Positions 8,179 to 17,728 of a stretch of 64,000 nt of DNA are shown here, piece after piece. This stretch comes from Eubacteriales bacterium (GTDB lineage: Bacteria > Bacillota > Clostridia > Oscillospirales > CAG-272): assembly GCA_045656745.1 (NCBI GenBank), contig JAZORT010000028.1, positions 8,862-72,861 on the forward strand, read 5' to 3'. Below the pieces are notes generated by a model, which saw only the letters and a program-made list of their open reading frames with translations, ran no database searches and had not been told where the DNA came from. The translations under genes were made by a program, and so were the position numbers. The stretch's first letter is position 1. Each line of letters starts with the position of its first letter.

Positions 8179-9744
8179 ACGATGGTAAAAGAGACTGTAA
8201 AAATAGAGCACAAATACCTGAGCTTTCCAACAAGCAAATCGGCAAAGAGCAAAAATCTGCTCTTTTTTGACGGCGGTGAGCTTGTTTATGACCTTAATAT
8301 GAACCTTGATGTTATATCGCCGAATTTTACGGCTTATGTTGATGTTAGTCGATTTATGGGCAAGACGCTTACCTTATCTATTCCTCAGCAGACGCTTTTT
8401 AAATACAGCGCCAAGGACGAAATTCCCGAGGACACAGAGGAACAAAAGGCAAAGCGCCCTTACATTCACCATACTGTAAAAAACGGCTGGAATAATGACC
8501 CAAACGGCTTATATTTTTACAACGGAGAATATCATCTTTTTTATCAGTACAACCCCTGCTCCACCGACTGGGAGAATATGCACTGGGGTCACGCGAAAAG
8601 CAGAGACCTTTTTAACTGGGAGGAGCTTGATACGGCGGTATTCCCTGACAAGCACGGCACAGTTTTTTCGGGGTGCGCTTTTATTGACGAGAAAAACCGC
8701 TCGGGACTAAAGGAGGGGGAGCATCCGCCTATTCTTCTTTACTACACTGCGTGCGCAAATTCCTCGGAGCTCTCGCGCGGGACAAAGACTACGCAAAGGC
8801 TTGTTTACTCCGCAGACGGAGGGCAGACCTTTAAGGTTTATCCTAACACCATTGTGGAGCATATGGTTGCCTGCAACCGCGATCCAAAGGTTGTTTGGTG
8901 CGAGGAGATGGAGTGCTACATTATGGCGCTGTTTTTGATAAACGGAGATTTTTGCCTTTTGCGCTCTTTTGACCTTTTGAGCTGGGAGAGGTTTTACGAC
9001 TTCAAAATTACGGGTGACAGCGAGTGCCCGAATATTGAAAAAATGCCCGTCCTAGAGGGTGGAAAAGTCGTTGGTTACAAGTGGGTAATCTTCGGTGCTT
9101 TTGGCACATATATCGTCGGAAATTTTGATAAAGATGGGTTTATTATTGAGCAGAACGCCTTTCGTCCTTGTTCGGCGAGTGCAAACTACGCCGGGCAAAT
9201 CTTTTGCGGGACGGAGAATGAGGTTGTGCTTATTGACTGGATGAAAACGCAGGTTAAGGATGCGCGTTTTTCACAAAGCTTCAGCCTTCCTTACCGACTT
9301 TCGCTCGTTTACGAAAGCGGGCGTTACTTCCTTTGCCGAGATACGGTAAAGCAGTTTAATTCGCTGGTTAAGAGCGTAGAGTCTTATACCTTCAGTGGGG
9401 ATTTGGAAATTCCTATTAACCCCGGGGCATACGAGATACAGCTTTCTGCAAAATATCCTGCAGGGGGCAAGACAACGCTCAACATTTTCGGTCACGATAT
9501 AGTTATCGATACAAAAAAGAATGCTGTTTTTGTTGGAGAGGCCTCCTGCCCTATTTCGTTTGACAGAAAGAATATTGATGTTAGAATTATCGTTGACAAA
9601 TACTCCTTTGAAATCTTTTGTGACGGTGGCAAATTCTTCTTTACTGCCTGCCCTGATATGGACGAAAACTTTACTCACCTGACGGTAAGGCGCGAGGGTG
9701 AGCCGGAAAAGGCAGAGCTTTGTGTTAAGGCGCTGAAAATTTAA
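8179..9744 (+). CDS. glycoside hydrolase family 32 (beta-fructofuranosidase / sucrose-6-phosphate hydrolase type), intracellular
   Basis: GH32 catalytic motifs are present: WNNDPNGLYFYNGEYHLFYQYNP (WMNDPNG block), NRDPKVVW (RDP) and DSECPN (EC). Start placed at MVKETVK, which follows AAAGGAAAA. No signal peptide. Confidence 0.9.
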   Translation, partial: TMVKETVKIEHKYLSFPTSKSAKSKNLLFFDGGELVYDLNMNLDVISPNFTAYVDVSRFMGKTLTLSIPQQTLFKYSAKDEIPEDTEEQKAKRPYIHHTVKNGWNNDPNGLYFYNGEYHLFYQYNPCSTDWENMHWGHAKSRDLFNWEELDTAVFPDKHGTVFSGCAFIDEKNRSGLKEGEHPPILLYYTACANSSELSRGTKTTQRLVYSADGGQTFKVYPNTIVEHMVACNRDPKVVWCEEMECYIMALFLINGDFCLLRSFDLLSWERFYDFKITGDSECPNIEKMPVLEGGKVVGYKWVIFGAFGTYIVGNFDKDGFIIEQNAFRPCSASANYAGQIFCGTENEVVLIDWMKTQVKDARFSQSFSLPYRLSLVYESGRYFLCRDTVKQFNSLVKSVESYTFSGDLEIPINPGAYEIQLSAKYPAGGKTTLNIFGHDIVIDTKKNAVFVGEASCPISFDRKNIDVRIIVDKYSFEIFCDGGKFFFTACPDMDENFTHLTVRREGEPEKAELCVKALKI

Positions 9745-9756
9745 AGGAATTGAAAA

Positions 9757-10617
9757 ATGAAGATACTGGCTTTTGGTGAAATTATTTGGGATGTTTATCC
9801 TGACGGCAAGGCTCTCGGCGGCGCGCCCTTAAACTTCGCGATACACTCTGCAAAGCTTGGCGCTGACTCGTTTATTGTTTCGGCGGTTGGAAATGACGAG
9901 CTTGGCAAGGAGGCATTTCTTGCAATCAAGGAATGCGGTGTTTATACCGACTACATCGGCAAAAACTCCTATCCTACGGGGCGGTGCCTTGTTACTCTTG
10001 ATGAAAACAAGCTGCCCTCATACAATCTTATGACTAATGCTTCATACGATTTTACTAGTCTTTGCGACGAAGAGACCGAGAAAATTGCAAAATCAAATTT
10101 TGATGCGGTTTGCTTCGGCACGCTGGCGCAAAGAAGCGAAAAAACGAGAGAGACCTTAAAAGAGCTTATTAAAGCGGTAGATTTTAAAACTATCTTTTGC
10201 GATATAAACCTAAGAGCGGGAAATTACGACAAGGAGAGCGTTCTTTTTTGCCTTGAAAACGCAAGAGTTTTAAAAGTAAGCCTTGAAGAAGCGCCTTATC
10301 TTACTTCTCTTAGAATATACCCTACTCCTCAGCCAAACACTCCGCACACTTTGGCAAAGGTTTTGTTTTCAAGCTTCAAAAACCTAGATACAATACTGCT
10401 TACTGACGGAGAGCGGGGAGCTTACAGCTTTAACGAGGACTACGTGTCACTGTTTTGCCCTGCGAAAAAGGTTACGGTTGTATCAACCGTTGGAGCGGGA
10501 GACAGCTTTGGGGCGGCGTGGCTTACAGCGCGCCTTTCGGGCAAAAATCCCCTTGAGTCCCTTGAGGGTGCGGTAAATTACAGCGCGGATGTTATCTCGG
10601 GAAAATATACAAAATAA
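9757..10617 (+). CDS. PfkB-family carbohydrate kinase (fructokinase-like)
   Basis: N terminus ILAFGEIIWDVYPDGKALGGAPLNFA and the PfkB signature VGAGDSFGAAW. It starts 12 nt after GH32, so the two are probably one operon. Confidence 0.85.
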   Translation: MKILAFGEIIWDVYPDGKALGGAPLNFAIHSAKLGADSFIVSAVGNDELGKEAFLAIKECGVYTDYIGKNSYPTGRCLVTLDENKLPSYNLMTNASYDFTSLCDEETEKIAKSNFDAVCFGTLAQRSEKTRETLKELIKAVDFKTIFCDINLRAGNYDKESVLFCLENARVLKVSLEEAPYLTSLRIYPTPQPNTPHTLAKVLFSSFKNLDTILLTDGERGAYSFNEDYVSLFCPAKKVTVVSTVGAGDSFGAAWLTARLSGKNPLESLEGAVNYSADVISGKYTK

Positions 10618-10620
10618 GAA

Positions 10621-10653
10621 AAAGGGCTGACGAAAAGTCAGCCCTGAATTTTA
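10621..10653. terminator. bidirectional terminator between convergent genes
   Basis: Stem gggctgac (10624-10631) pairs with gtcagccc (10637-10644), loop gaaaa, flanked by A and T runs. Confidence 0.6.
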
Positions 10654-10660
10654 TCAAAAA

Positions 10661-11491
10661 TTATGCAAGCATATCCACAAGGTCGCGAAGTGCGGTCTCA
10701 AACTTTGCGCCATACCAATGGTCGGCATCACCCTGAGTATTGATAATGCACTTTACGGTGTAGTCTGCGGCAATTTTTGCGGCAGTGAAGATGTCCTTAT
10801 CATTCATAAGCGCGCCGGTGAAAGCAGAGGCGTAGATGTCACCGGTGCCGTGTGCGCCCTTACCAATTTTATCGTGCTCGTAATGGCTCATTTTGCCATT
10901 AGTATAAACCGCAACGCCGGTCTTGCCCTCGCGGTAGCCCACGCCCGTCATTACAACGGTTTTTGCACCAAGTGCGCAGAGCTTTTCGCAAAGCTCGGTT
11001 ACATAAGCCTCGTCATAGCTCTCGCGGTATTCGCATCCGGTGAGGAATGCTGCCTCGGTGATATTGGGGACAAGGATGTCTGCCTCACCGCAAAGGGGCT
11101 TCATTGCCTCAACGTAATCCATATCGAAGATAGAATAAAGCTTTCCGTTATCAGCCATTGCGGGGTCAACAATGCGGACGCAATCCTCGGTACCCATTGT
11201 TGCCAAAATACTGCGGACATAGCCAATCTGCTTTATGCTTCCGAGATAGCCGGTGTAGATAGCCTTGAACTTAATGTTTTCCTTCTGCCAATGAGCCTGA
11301 ATTGCGGGCATATCATCGGTGAGGTCGCGGAAAGTAAATCCGCTGAATCCACCGGTGTGAGTAGAAAGTACAGCAGAGGGGAGAATGCAGGTTTCAAGTC
11401 CGCAAGCCGAAAGAATGGGGAGCGCAACGGTCAGCGAGCACTGACCAACGCAGGAAATATCTTGGATTGTAAGAATTTTTTTGTAGGACAT
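10661..11491 (-). CDS. pdxK: pyridoxal/pyridoxamine kinase
   Basis: N terminus KKILTIQDISCVGQCSLTVALPILSACGLETCILPSAVLSTHTGGF and C-terminal GTGDIYASAF are typical of the pyridoxamine kinase branch of the ribokinase superfamily. Confidence 0.8.
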   Translation of the reverse strand: MSYKKILTIQDISCVGQCSLTVALPILSACGLETCILPSAVLSTHTGGFSGFTFRDLTDDMPAIQAHWQKENIKFKAIYTGYLGSIKQIGYVRSILATMGTEDCVRIVDPAMADNGKLYSIFDMDYVEAMKPLCGEADILVPNITEAAFLTGCEYRESYDEAYVTELCEKLCALGAKTVVMTGVGYREGKTGVAVYTNGKMSHYEHDKIGKGAHGTGDIYASAFTGALMNDKDIFTAAKIAADYTVKCIINTQGDADHWYGAKFETALRDLVDMLA

Positions 11492-11582
11492 TTTAATTTC
11501 TCCTTGAATTTTTGTTTAGTTTATTGTATAATACATCTGATAACATTACAATGGTCAAAAACGGAGAATATTATATAACCAG

Positions 11583-12668
11583 ATGAAATACAAAGTTGAC
11601 AAAAGCGCACATCCTGTTTATTTGCAGATTTACAGACAAATAAAGGAGGATATAATAAAGGGCAATTACCCCTACAACACAAAACTACCCTCAAAGCGCC
11701 TTCTTGCTGACGAGACAGAGACCAGCACGGTTACTGTTGAGCATGCTTATGCTCTTCTTTGCGACGAGGGATATGTTGAATCAAGGGAGAGGAGCGGATA
11801 TTTCGTTATTTTCCGCGTTTGCGACGGCTTTGCACTCTCGTCGGAGCAGAGCGCACCCACCGCTGAGGTTTTGCACACGAAAAGGAGCGGACCGAGCTTT
11901 CCTTTTTCGGTTTTGGCGAAAACGATGAGAGGTGTTATCAGCGATTATGCTGAGCAGATACTCGAAAAATCACCGAGCAAGGGATGCATACAGTTAAGGG
12001 TTGCGATTAAGCAATATCTTGCAAAAAATCGCGGAATTTCGGTGGATGCCGAGCAGATTATTATCGGTTCGGGAGCTGAATATCTTTACGGACTTATTAT
12101 CGAGCTTCTCGGCAGAGAGAGGATTTACGGAATAGAAAATCCCTCTTACAAGAAAATCGAGCAGGTTTACAAGGCTTACGAGGTTTCGCTCGAGGCGCTT
12201 AATCTTTCGGCTGACGGAATTGAAAGCACCGCGCTTTTAAACACCAGGGCTAATGTTTTGCACACCACCCCTTACAGAAGCTATCCTACCGGTGTTTCTG
12301 CCTCGGCAAGTAAGAGGCACGAATATATTCGGTGGGCAAATTCTAACGGCAGATTCCTTATTGAGGATGATTTTGAGTCGGAGTTTTCGGTTTCCACAAA
12401 GCCTGAGGACACTCTGTTTTCACTATCGGGGGGAAATGTTATTTATCTTAACACATTTTCTATGACTATCTCGCCCTCTTTGCGAGTTGGGTATATGGTT
12501 TTGCCAAAGGGGCTTGTTAAGGCATTTGACGAGCGACTCGGCTTTTACTCCTGCACTGTGCCGACCTTTGAGCAATTTGTTATTGCGAGGCTGATACAAA
12601 ACGGAGATTTTGAAAGGCATATAAACCGAGTAAGGCGTCACAAGCGCAAGGAGATGCAGGGGGTATAA
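11583..12668 (+). CDS. MocR/PdxR-like regulator (GntR wHTH plus aminotransferase-like domain), short and lacking the PLP-binding lysine
   Basis: GntR HTH: LPSKRLLADETETSTVTVEHAYALLCDEGYVESRERSGYFV. Fold-type I aminotransferase blocks follow (IIIGSGAEYLY.., YLNTFSMTISPSLRVGYMVLP). It is divergent from pdxK. Length is 361 aa. Confidence 0.8.
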   Translation: MKYKVDKSAHPVYLQIYRQIKEDIIKGNYPYNTKLPSKRLLADETETSTVTVEHAYALLCDEGYVESRERSGYFVIFRVCDGFALSSEQSAPTAEVLHTKRSGPSFPFSVLAKTMRGVISDYAEQILEKSPSKGCIQLRVAIKQYLAKNRGISVDAEQIIIGSGAEYLYGLIIELLGRERIYGIENPSYKKIEQVYKAYEVSLEALNLSADGIESTALLNTRANVLHTTPYRSYPTGVSASASKRHEYIRWANSNGRFLIEDDFESEFSVSTKPEDTLFSLSGGNVIYLNTFSMTISPSLRVGYMVLPKGLVKAFDERLGFYSCTVPTFEQFVIARLIQNGDFERHINRVRRHKRKEMQGV

Positions 12669-12764
12669 AAAAACGGCAAGAACTCATATGCTTCGAATAT
12701 TGTAAGGAATATTTGATGTCAAGGCGGTTTTAGTGAAAACTCAAGTCGTCTTATTCATTTTAGA

Positions 12765-12793
12765 TTGACAATATACCTAATTCGTGATATAAT
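12765..12793 (+). promoter_or_regulatory. perfect consensus sigma-A promoter
   Basis: TTGACA (12765-12770), 17-nt spacer, TATAAT (12788-12793), about 170 nt upstream of the ATG at 12965. Confidence 0.55.
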
Positions 12794-12964
12794 AAATATG
12801 TTGCACAATTTTACACACTAGTTCTATCAATATAGATTTATGTTGATGAAAATGCAAGACTTCCTTATCACATCACTATAAACGTTAAATTGTGTAATAA
12901 CAATGCGAGAAGCCATGTTTTAGTGAGCAGTTTTGACTACACACATTCTTATTGGAGGATACAA

Positions 12965-13369
12965 ATGCAAACAAACGATTTAATTTTCAGCACGCAAAAC
13001 ATCAAGTCAAAGCCTGTGTGGGGAATATGGGTTTTTATAATTGTTTTTCCTATTATGGCGTTTGTCGTTTTTCCTATACTATGGGCATCAATATTAAGCG
13101 GATTTGCAATAGGAATTACTGTTGTCGGTTTCACTAAAATCAAACAGACACAAAAATCTTATGTTGAGTTACACAGTGATAAAATTATCGGCATAGATAT
13201 CAAGGGAGTATCGTTTGAACTTCAATACAACGAAGTTGCTCGATGTGATTTTGCATCGGAAACAGTACGTATTTATTGTAACGGTGGTTATTATGTAGTG
13301 CGCACTCCCAATTGCGAGCAAAAAGTAATTAATATCATTAAACAGCAGAAGGCAATTAATGCTCAGTAA
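12965..13369 (+). CDS. small membrane protein (two TM plus soluble C-terminal domain), unknown function
   Basis: Start placed at MQTNDLIFS, which follows TTGGAGGA. Hydrophobic hairpin: VWGIWVFIIVFPIMAFVVFPILWASILSGFAIGITVVGF. It lies in an A+T-rich block. Confidence 0.6.
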   Translation: MQTNDLIFSTQNIKSKPVWGIWVFIIVFPIMAFVVFPILWASILSGFAIGITVVGFTKIKQTQKSYVELHSDKIIGIDIKGVSFELQYNEVARCDFASETVRIYCNGGYYVVRTPNCEQKVINIIKQQKAINAQ

Positions 13370-13423
13370 TTTAAGCAAACAAAGCAAAACCAAATTCAGG
13401 CTACGTGATATAGCATAAAACAG

Positions 13424-13455
13424 AAAACCACGGCACAAATGAGCCGTGGTTTTTT
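13424..13455 (+). terminator. intrinsic terminator
   Basis: Stem ccacggc (13428-13434) pairs with gccgtgg (13443-13449), followed by tttttt. Confidence 0.65.
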
Positions 13456-13602
13456 CTCGTCATGCGATATCAAAAATATATATGAATGAAAAACAAGATA
13501 CGACACACCTATTACAAGATATGCCGTATCATAATTAATCTATATCTTAGGTTAAGGACTAAAGTTCGTTTTTTTATACTGCTGTGGATTGGGTATAAAT
13601 GA

Positions 13603-14298
13603 TTAAAGTTTAAGCTCGGCTGTGTGGGGGCGGTGGTCGGAGGCGACTATCGCGGGAATGTCTGCCGAAATTATCTCGATATCGGGGCTTACGAAGATGT
13701 AGTCTATCTTCTCTCTCGGGTTATCTGAGGGGAAGCTTAAAAGCTCTTCGGAAAAGACGCTTGCGGTATCCTTCATACGCTCTCTTATAGGCAGAAGAAG
13801 CGGCGAGTCGGGGCGAAGGTTAAAGTCGCCCATAAGAATACATTTTTCTTTTTCAAGGTTAGCTACTACGGTTTTTACGGCGTTTATCTGCTCGTCGGCG
13901 TTGAGGCCGAAGTGGGTTACAAGCACTGTAATTCCCTGTTCCAGCTTAACCTTGAGCACCGCTCTTGTTTCGTAATATTTTGTGCCCGTTTTGGGGTCGG
14001 GGTCGGGGATTGAAATTGTTTCGGCAGATACAATCGGGTAGCGGGAGATAATTGAGTTGCCGTAAGGGCCGAGCTCGAAATCTATTGCCTTGCCGAAGTA
14101 ATAATTAGGCAGGTCTGTTTTCTCGGAAAGAATGCGGGTTTGGTCGGTGTAATCCTCGCCTTTACCTGCTCCGCGCATTTCCTGAAAGCCGACCACATCG
14201 GGGTTGACCATTTTTATTGCATCGGCAATAACGTCAAAATTAATCTTTCCTTCGAGATAGGCAAGACAGTGCTGGGTATTAAAGCTCATAAATTTCAT
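13603..14298 (-). CDS. endonuclease/exonuclease/phosphatase (EEP) family protein
   Basis: Motifs MSFNTQHC, PDVVGFQEM, LVTHFG, MGDFNLRP and ASDHRP match the EEP catalytic blocks. RBS AAGGAGAA. It is the last gene of the reverse-strand operon. Confidence 0.8.
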   Translation of the reverse strand: MKFMSFNTQHCLAYLEGKINFDVIADAIKMVNPDVVGFQEMRGAGKGEDYTDQTRILSEKTDLPNYYFGKAIDFELGPYGNSIISRYPIVSAETISIPDPDPKTGTKYYETRAVLKVKLEQGITVLVTHFGLNADEQINAVKTVVANLEKEKCILMGDFNLRPDSPLLLPIRERMKDTASVFSEELLSFPSDNPREKIDYIFVSPDIEIISADIPAIVASDHRPHTAELKL

Positions 14299-14315
14299 AT
14301 CGTTTTCTCCTTAAA

Positions 14316-15191
14316 TCAAATAGAAAGCAATACTATGGCAACCGTGCCAACAGCAACGCCAACCCACTGCCACCAGCGCATTTTTTCCTTAAAAATCAAG
14401 AGAGATGCAAGGGTATTGAGTGCAAGAGAGCCGACCGCGATAAAGGGATACACAAGAGTCGGAGAAAGCTCCGAGGTCGCAAGGGTTATAACGAGAAAAT
14501 TGATAAAGAAGTTAAGCGAGCCTGCGGTGGCGGGAAGATACCAGGAGCCTTTTACGATAGACTTAAGGTCGCGCTTGTCCGCAAGGATAAATCTGAACAA
14601 AACGAAGGCAAATCCGATACCCGTGGCAACCACCATAAGAAAATCTCCGAACTCCGATTTAAAGTCTAACTGCTGAGTTCTCTGCACTATTGAGCCAAGA
14701 GAATTTCCGACGAAGTAAATCGAAATAAAGAGTATCCACTTCGGGGTTATCTTCTTTTTCTCGTTTTCCTTTTGCTTACCGGGGTAAAGACAGAGCCAAA
14801 GAGTCAAAACGACCAAAACGAGTCCTATTATTACCGTGGGCGTAACGGGGCTGTTCCAAACGAAAAATCCCCAGATACTCGTGGTTATCATCGAAAGCTG
14901 CATTATCAGCGATGAAAGCACCAGCGAGCCCTCGCGATAGGCGTAAACCGAAGCAACCATCGCCGCAACGTAGCCTAACGCAAAAAGGAAGGAGTACGGC
15001 AATACCGCAAGATTTATTTCGGGATTTAAGAGAAATTTTACGAGCCAAAGTAAAAACACGGCTCCCATTTGAATGACGTTGTAAATAGGAGATGCCGAGG
15101 CTTTGTCGGCGTTTTTACGGTTGTAAAAGCTTGCGCTAATTCCACAAGCCGAAAGAAAAAGTGTGGCAGAAACCATAAGTAGGTATGACAT
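14316..15191 (-). CDS. DMT-superfamily membrane protein (possible GlcU/RhaT-like sugar transporter)
   Basis: Start placed at MSYLLMV (15191), which follows GAGGTAATAAAA, 10 nt after the upstream stop. About 10 TM segments in two halves separated by KQKENEKKKITPK. A sugar substrate is inferred from operon context only. Confidence 0.65.
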   Translation of the reverse strand: MSYLLMVSATLFLSACGISASFYNRKNADKASASPIYNVIQMGAVFLLWLVKFLLNPEINLAVLPYSFLFALGYVAAMVASVYAYREGSLVLSSLIMQLSMITTSIWGFFVWNSPVTPTVIIGLVLVVLTLWLCLYPGKQKENEKKKITPKWILFISIYFVGNSLGSIVQRTQQLDFKSEFGDFLMVVATGIGFAFVLFRFILADKRDLKSIVKGSWYLPATAGSLNFFINFLVITLATSELSPTLVYPFIAVGSLALNTLASLLIFKEKMRWWQWVGVAVGTVAIVLLSI

Positions 15192-15201
15192 TTTTATTAC
15201 C

Positions 15202-17145
15202 TCAACAAATCTTTTTTGCTCCGTAATAGATAAAGAGCATCTGCAAAAGTCTGCCGTTGCCGGAGGCGTTCGGCATCCAGGGGGCAACATAGGCATCGTG
15301 GTCATCTATGCGCTCGGGCTGAAGATACTCGGTTGTTACATTGTATTTGAGAAGCGCGTCGATAAGCTTCTTTTGTTCTGTTTTATTACCGATCTTTTCA
15401 TAATATCTGAACAAATGGAGCTCAGCGGAGGTGGTATACCAGGTTCTTCCCGTACCAGTTGTCGAGCGATAACACGGCCATATAAGGCAGTTTTTCGATT
15501 GACCGCCGTGAGAATAGGTATGAAGAAGCTTTTCCGCATCAGACGTACCGTATCCCGCCGCGCCTACTTCAAGAAGAACGTAAGGATAAACATATCCGAA
15601 AGGATCCTTATTAAGCTCGGCTTCTATCTCGGGAATATTTTTCGGATCTCTCGGAAGATAGAGGAACTGCGAGTCACGCTGTTCCGTGGCAAATTTTTCA
15701 AATATTCCTTTTACAACCGAGAAATACTCAAGATATGCTTCTTCCGTTTCCTTCAAATACTTAGAATTATAAGCTTTCAAAAGGCTTACAAACTCACTAT
15801 AGCATGAAAGAGTACCGCAATCGGTGCCCATCCACTGCTGAGCCTTGGAAATATGGTGGTCGGAGCATATTCCGGGCGGCATTAGTCCCGGTATGATTCC
15901 CTCTATGCTCTTTGACTTTGCGCGCTCGCGCTCGCAATATCCGAAGGCGAGCATTGCCGAGTCAAGGTATTTATCGAAGAGTGCGGAATTGCATCTTGCC
16001 GCCGCTGCAAACATGGAAAGCGCTGTGGAGGTGCGCGTGTTCCACGGAACGTGGGTGTAGAAAATTCTGCCCTTATTTTCCCCGCTCTTTTCCTGAAGCT
16101 CGCCGAAATAGTGGGCAATACCCCTATCAACGTAATCCTCGTAGCCGCCTATATAGCAAAGCGCGCGAACCATTTCAACCGCCTCGGGCCAATGGTAGCG
16201 CTGAGTTGCACCCTGACGCATTATTGTGTAATCTCTGTCGTGGGGGTGGGCAAACATCTGGAGCATTTGCGCAAGGAAGTTATAGAAGAGGGGTTTTACG
16301 CCCTTCATATCGGGGATATTTTTCGCCTTTGAAAGCTCGGATTTCCAAAAGTCGATGCACTCTTTTCTTGCTGTGTTATAGCTTTTCGGCTCTTGTTCAC
16401 TTCTTGTAAAGGCAAAGGTAAAGGTGCGCCTTTCATAGGGGGAGAGGGTTAATTTTATGGTAAAATCGCTCTCGTCATCAAAAGAAAGGTCTGCCTTTTT
16501 ATCAAGATAGAACTTATATTTTCCGTCGGTCAGGACTTTGCCCTTTACCTCGAGCTTTTCTGCTTCAAGAAAACGCTCGCGTGTAGGATTGTAGCCGTCA
16601 TAGCCGTCGGGCTCGTTACATCCCGTAAACAAAAATTCCTTGCCGCGTCTTACAAGACCCGAAAGTTCTACTGTTTCTTCAAAGCCGAAGTTATTTTCAA
16701 CGGTTACCTTGATATAAGCGGTAGGTATGCGCTTATTATCGCAAAAGGCTTCCTCGAAAAATGTCAGTGCATCAAAATCCTTTTTAAACGAGTGGACGGG
16801 AATTCCGTCACTGCGGGTGTTATATTTGACATTTTCGGCGGGCATCAGCTCGTGTGACCAGGTGTAATTCTGATAATTAGGGTTTCCTCTTTGTCTAAAG
16901 CGCAGGTCACTCTCGCGCTTTAAGGTAAACACCACCGCTGCGGAATCCTCGGTGCAAACACCCCAGAACATACCGTATTTCGGGTGCTCATAGTGGTGCT
17001 GAGGATTTTCGGGCGGTATTTCGCCTATCATTATCATAGAGTTAGGCCACATTGTTACAATGTTTTCTGCCTGAGGGGGATGAATATATCTTTTACTGGT
17101 AAAGGGCTTGCCCCAGGGATTATCGTGAGAGCTTAAATGTGACAT
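15202..17145 (-). CDS. hypothetical 647-aa cytoplasmic protein, possibly an (alpha/alpha)6-barrel glycoside hydrolase-like enzyme
   Basis: Long ORF tightly packed in the operon, with no signal peptide. The N-terminal half looks beta-rich and the C-terminal half helix-rich with W/Y/H-rich motifs (HWPEAVEM.., GTDCGTLSCY..). I recognise no diagnostic family motif. Confidence 0.6.
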   Translation of the reverse strand: MSHLSSHDNPWGKPFTSKRYIHPPQAENIVTMWPNSMIMIGEIPPENPQHHYEHPKYGMFWGVCTEDSAAVVFTLKRESDLRFRQRGNPNYQNYTWSHELMPAENVKYNTRSDGIPVHSFKKDFDALTFFEEAFCDNKRIPTAYIKVTVENNFGFEETVELSGLVRRGKEFLFTGCNEPDGYDGYNPTRERFLEAEKLEVKGKVLTDGKYKFYLDKKADLSFDDESDFTIKLTLSPYERRTFTFAFTRSEQEPKSYNTARKECIDFWKSELSKAKNIPDMKGVKPLFYNFLAQMLQMFAHPHDRDYTIMRQGATQRYHWPEAVEMVRALCYIGGYEDYVDRGIAHYFGELQEKSGENKGRIFYTHVPWNTRTSTALSMFAAAARCNSALFDKYLDSAMLAFGYCERERAKSKSIEGIIPGLMPPGICSDHHISKAQQWMGTDCGTLSCYSEFVSLLKAYNSKYLKETEEAYLEYFSVVKGIFEKFATEQRDSQFLYLPRDPKNIPEIEAELNKDPFGYVYPYVLLEVGAAGYGTSDAEKLLHTYSHGGQSKNCLIWPCYRSTTGTGRTWYTTSAELHLFRYYEKIGNKTEQKKLIDALLKYNVTTEYLQPERIDDHDAYVAPWMPNASGNGRLLQMLFIYYGAKKIC

Positions 17146-17151
17146 AGCCGT

Positions 17152-17724
17152 TTAGTCCTTCCTTTTCTCAAGCTTTAAGGGATAGTCGCCGAGGTGCTCC
17201 ATTTTAAAGCCGTTTGCTTTATAGGTTTCGTAATCAAACGCTTCAAGCTCGTCTATTGCAAGCTTGTGGAATTCATAGAAGTTATACCACCACTCGTAGC
17301 CTGTGCCAAGGTCTGCGTTAAGATATGCATCGGCAATATCGCAACCCATGGCGGGTGCTACATAGAATGCGCCCATTGCGAGTACATTTACACCGTTGCC
17401 GGTGATAGCTCTGAGGGCGGCGGGAACACTCTCAACAACGCCTGCGTGGACATGGGGGCACTTGGATGCTGCGATATGGATACCCATACCCGTTCCGCAG
17501 AAGAGGAGCGCACGCTCGAAGTTGCCCTCGGAAATCTGCGCACCAACGCGGAGTCCTACTCTATGGAACATATTTTCGGTATCATTAGGGTCGGAGTCCT
17601 TAGTTACTCCAAGGTCGGTTATCTTCCAGCCCTTTTCACGAAGGTGGTCACAAACTGCCTCTTTAAGGGGATATCCTGCGAAATCCGCGCCTACTACCAA
17701 ATACTTTTCTTTAACTGTTTTCAT
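17152..17724 (-). CDS. RpiB/LacA/LacB-family sugar-phosphate isomerase
   Basis: Start placed at MKTVKEKYLVVGAD, which follows GGAGAATAAAAAA. Motifs: VVGADFAGYPLKEAVCDHLREKGWKITDLG and LFCGTGMGIHIAASKCPHVHAG. Confidence 0.8.
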   Translation of the reverse strand: MKTVKEKYLVVGADFAGYPLKEAVCDHLREKGWKITDLGVTKDSDPNDTENMFHRVGLRVGAQISEGNFERALLFCGTGMGIHIAASKCPHVHAGVVESVPAALRAITGNGVNVLAMGAFYVAPAMGCDIADAYLNADLGTGYEWWYNFYEFHKLAIDELEAFDYETYKANGFKMEHLGDYPLKLEKRKD

Positions 17725-17728
17725 TTTT

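Noticed and set aside
10718-11578. 286-aa plus-strand ORF opposite pdxK
   Set aside because: It is antisense to a gene with clear pyridoxamine-kinase motifs, and its composition looks random.
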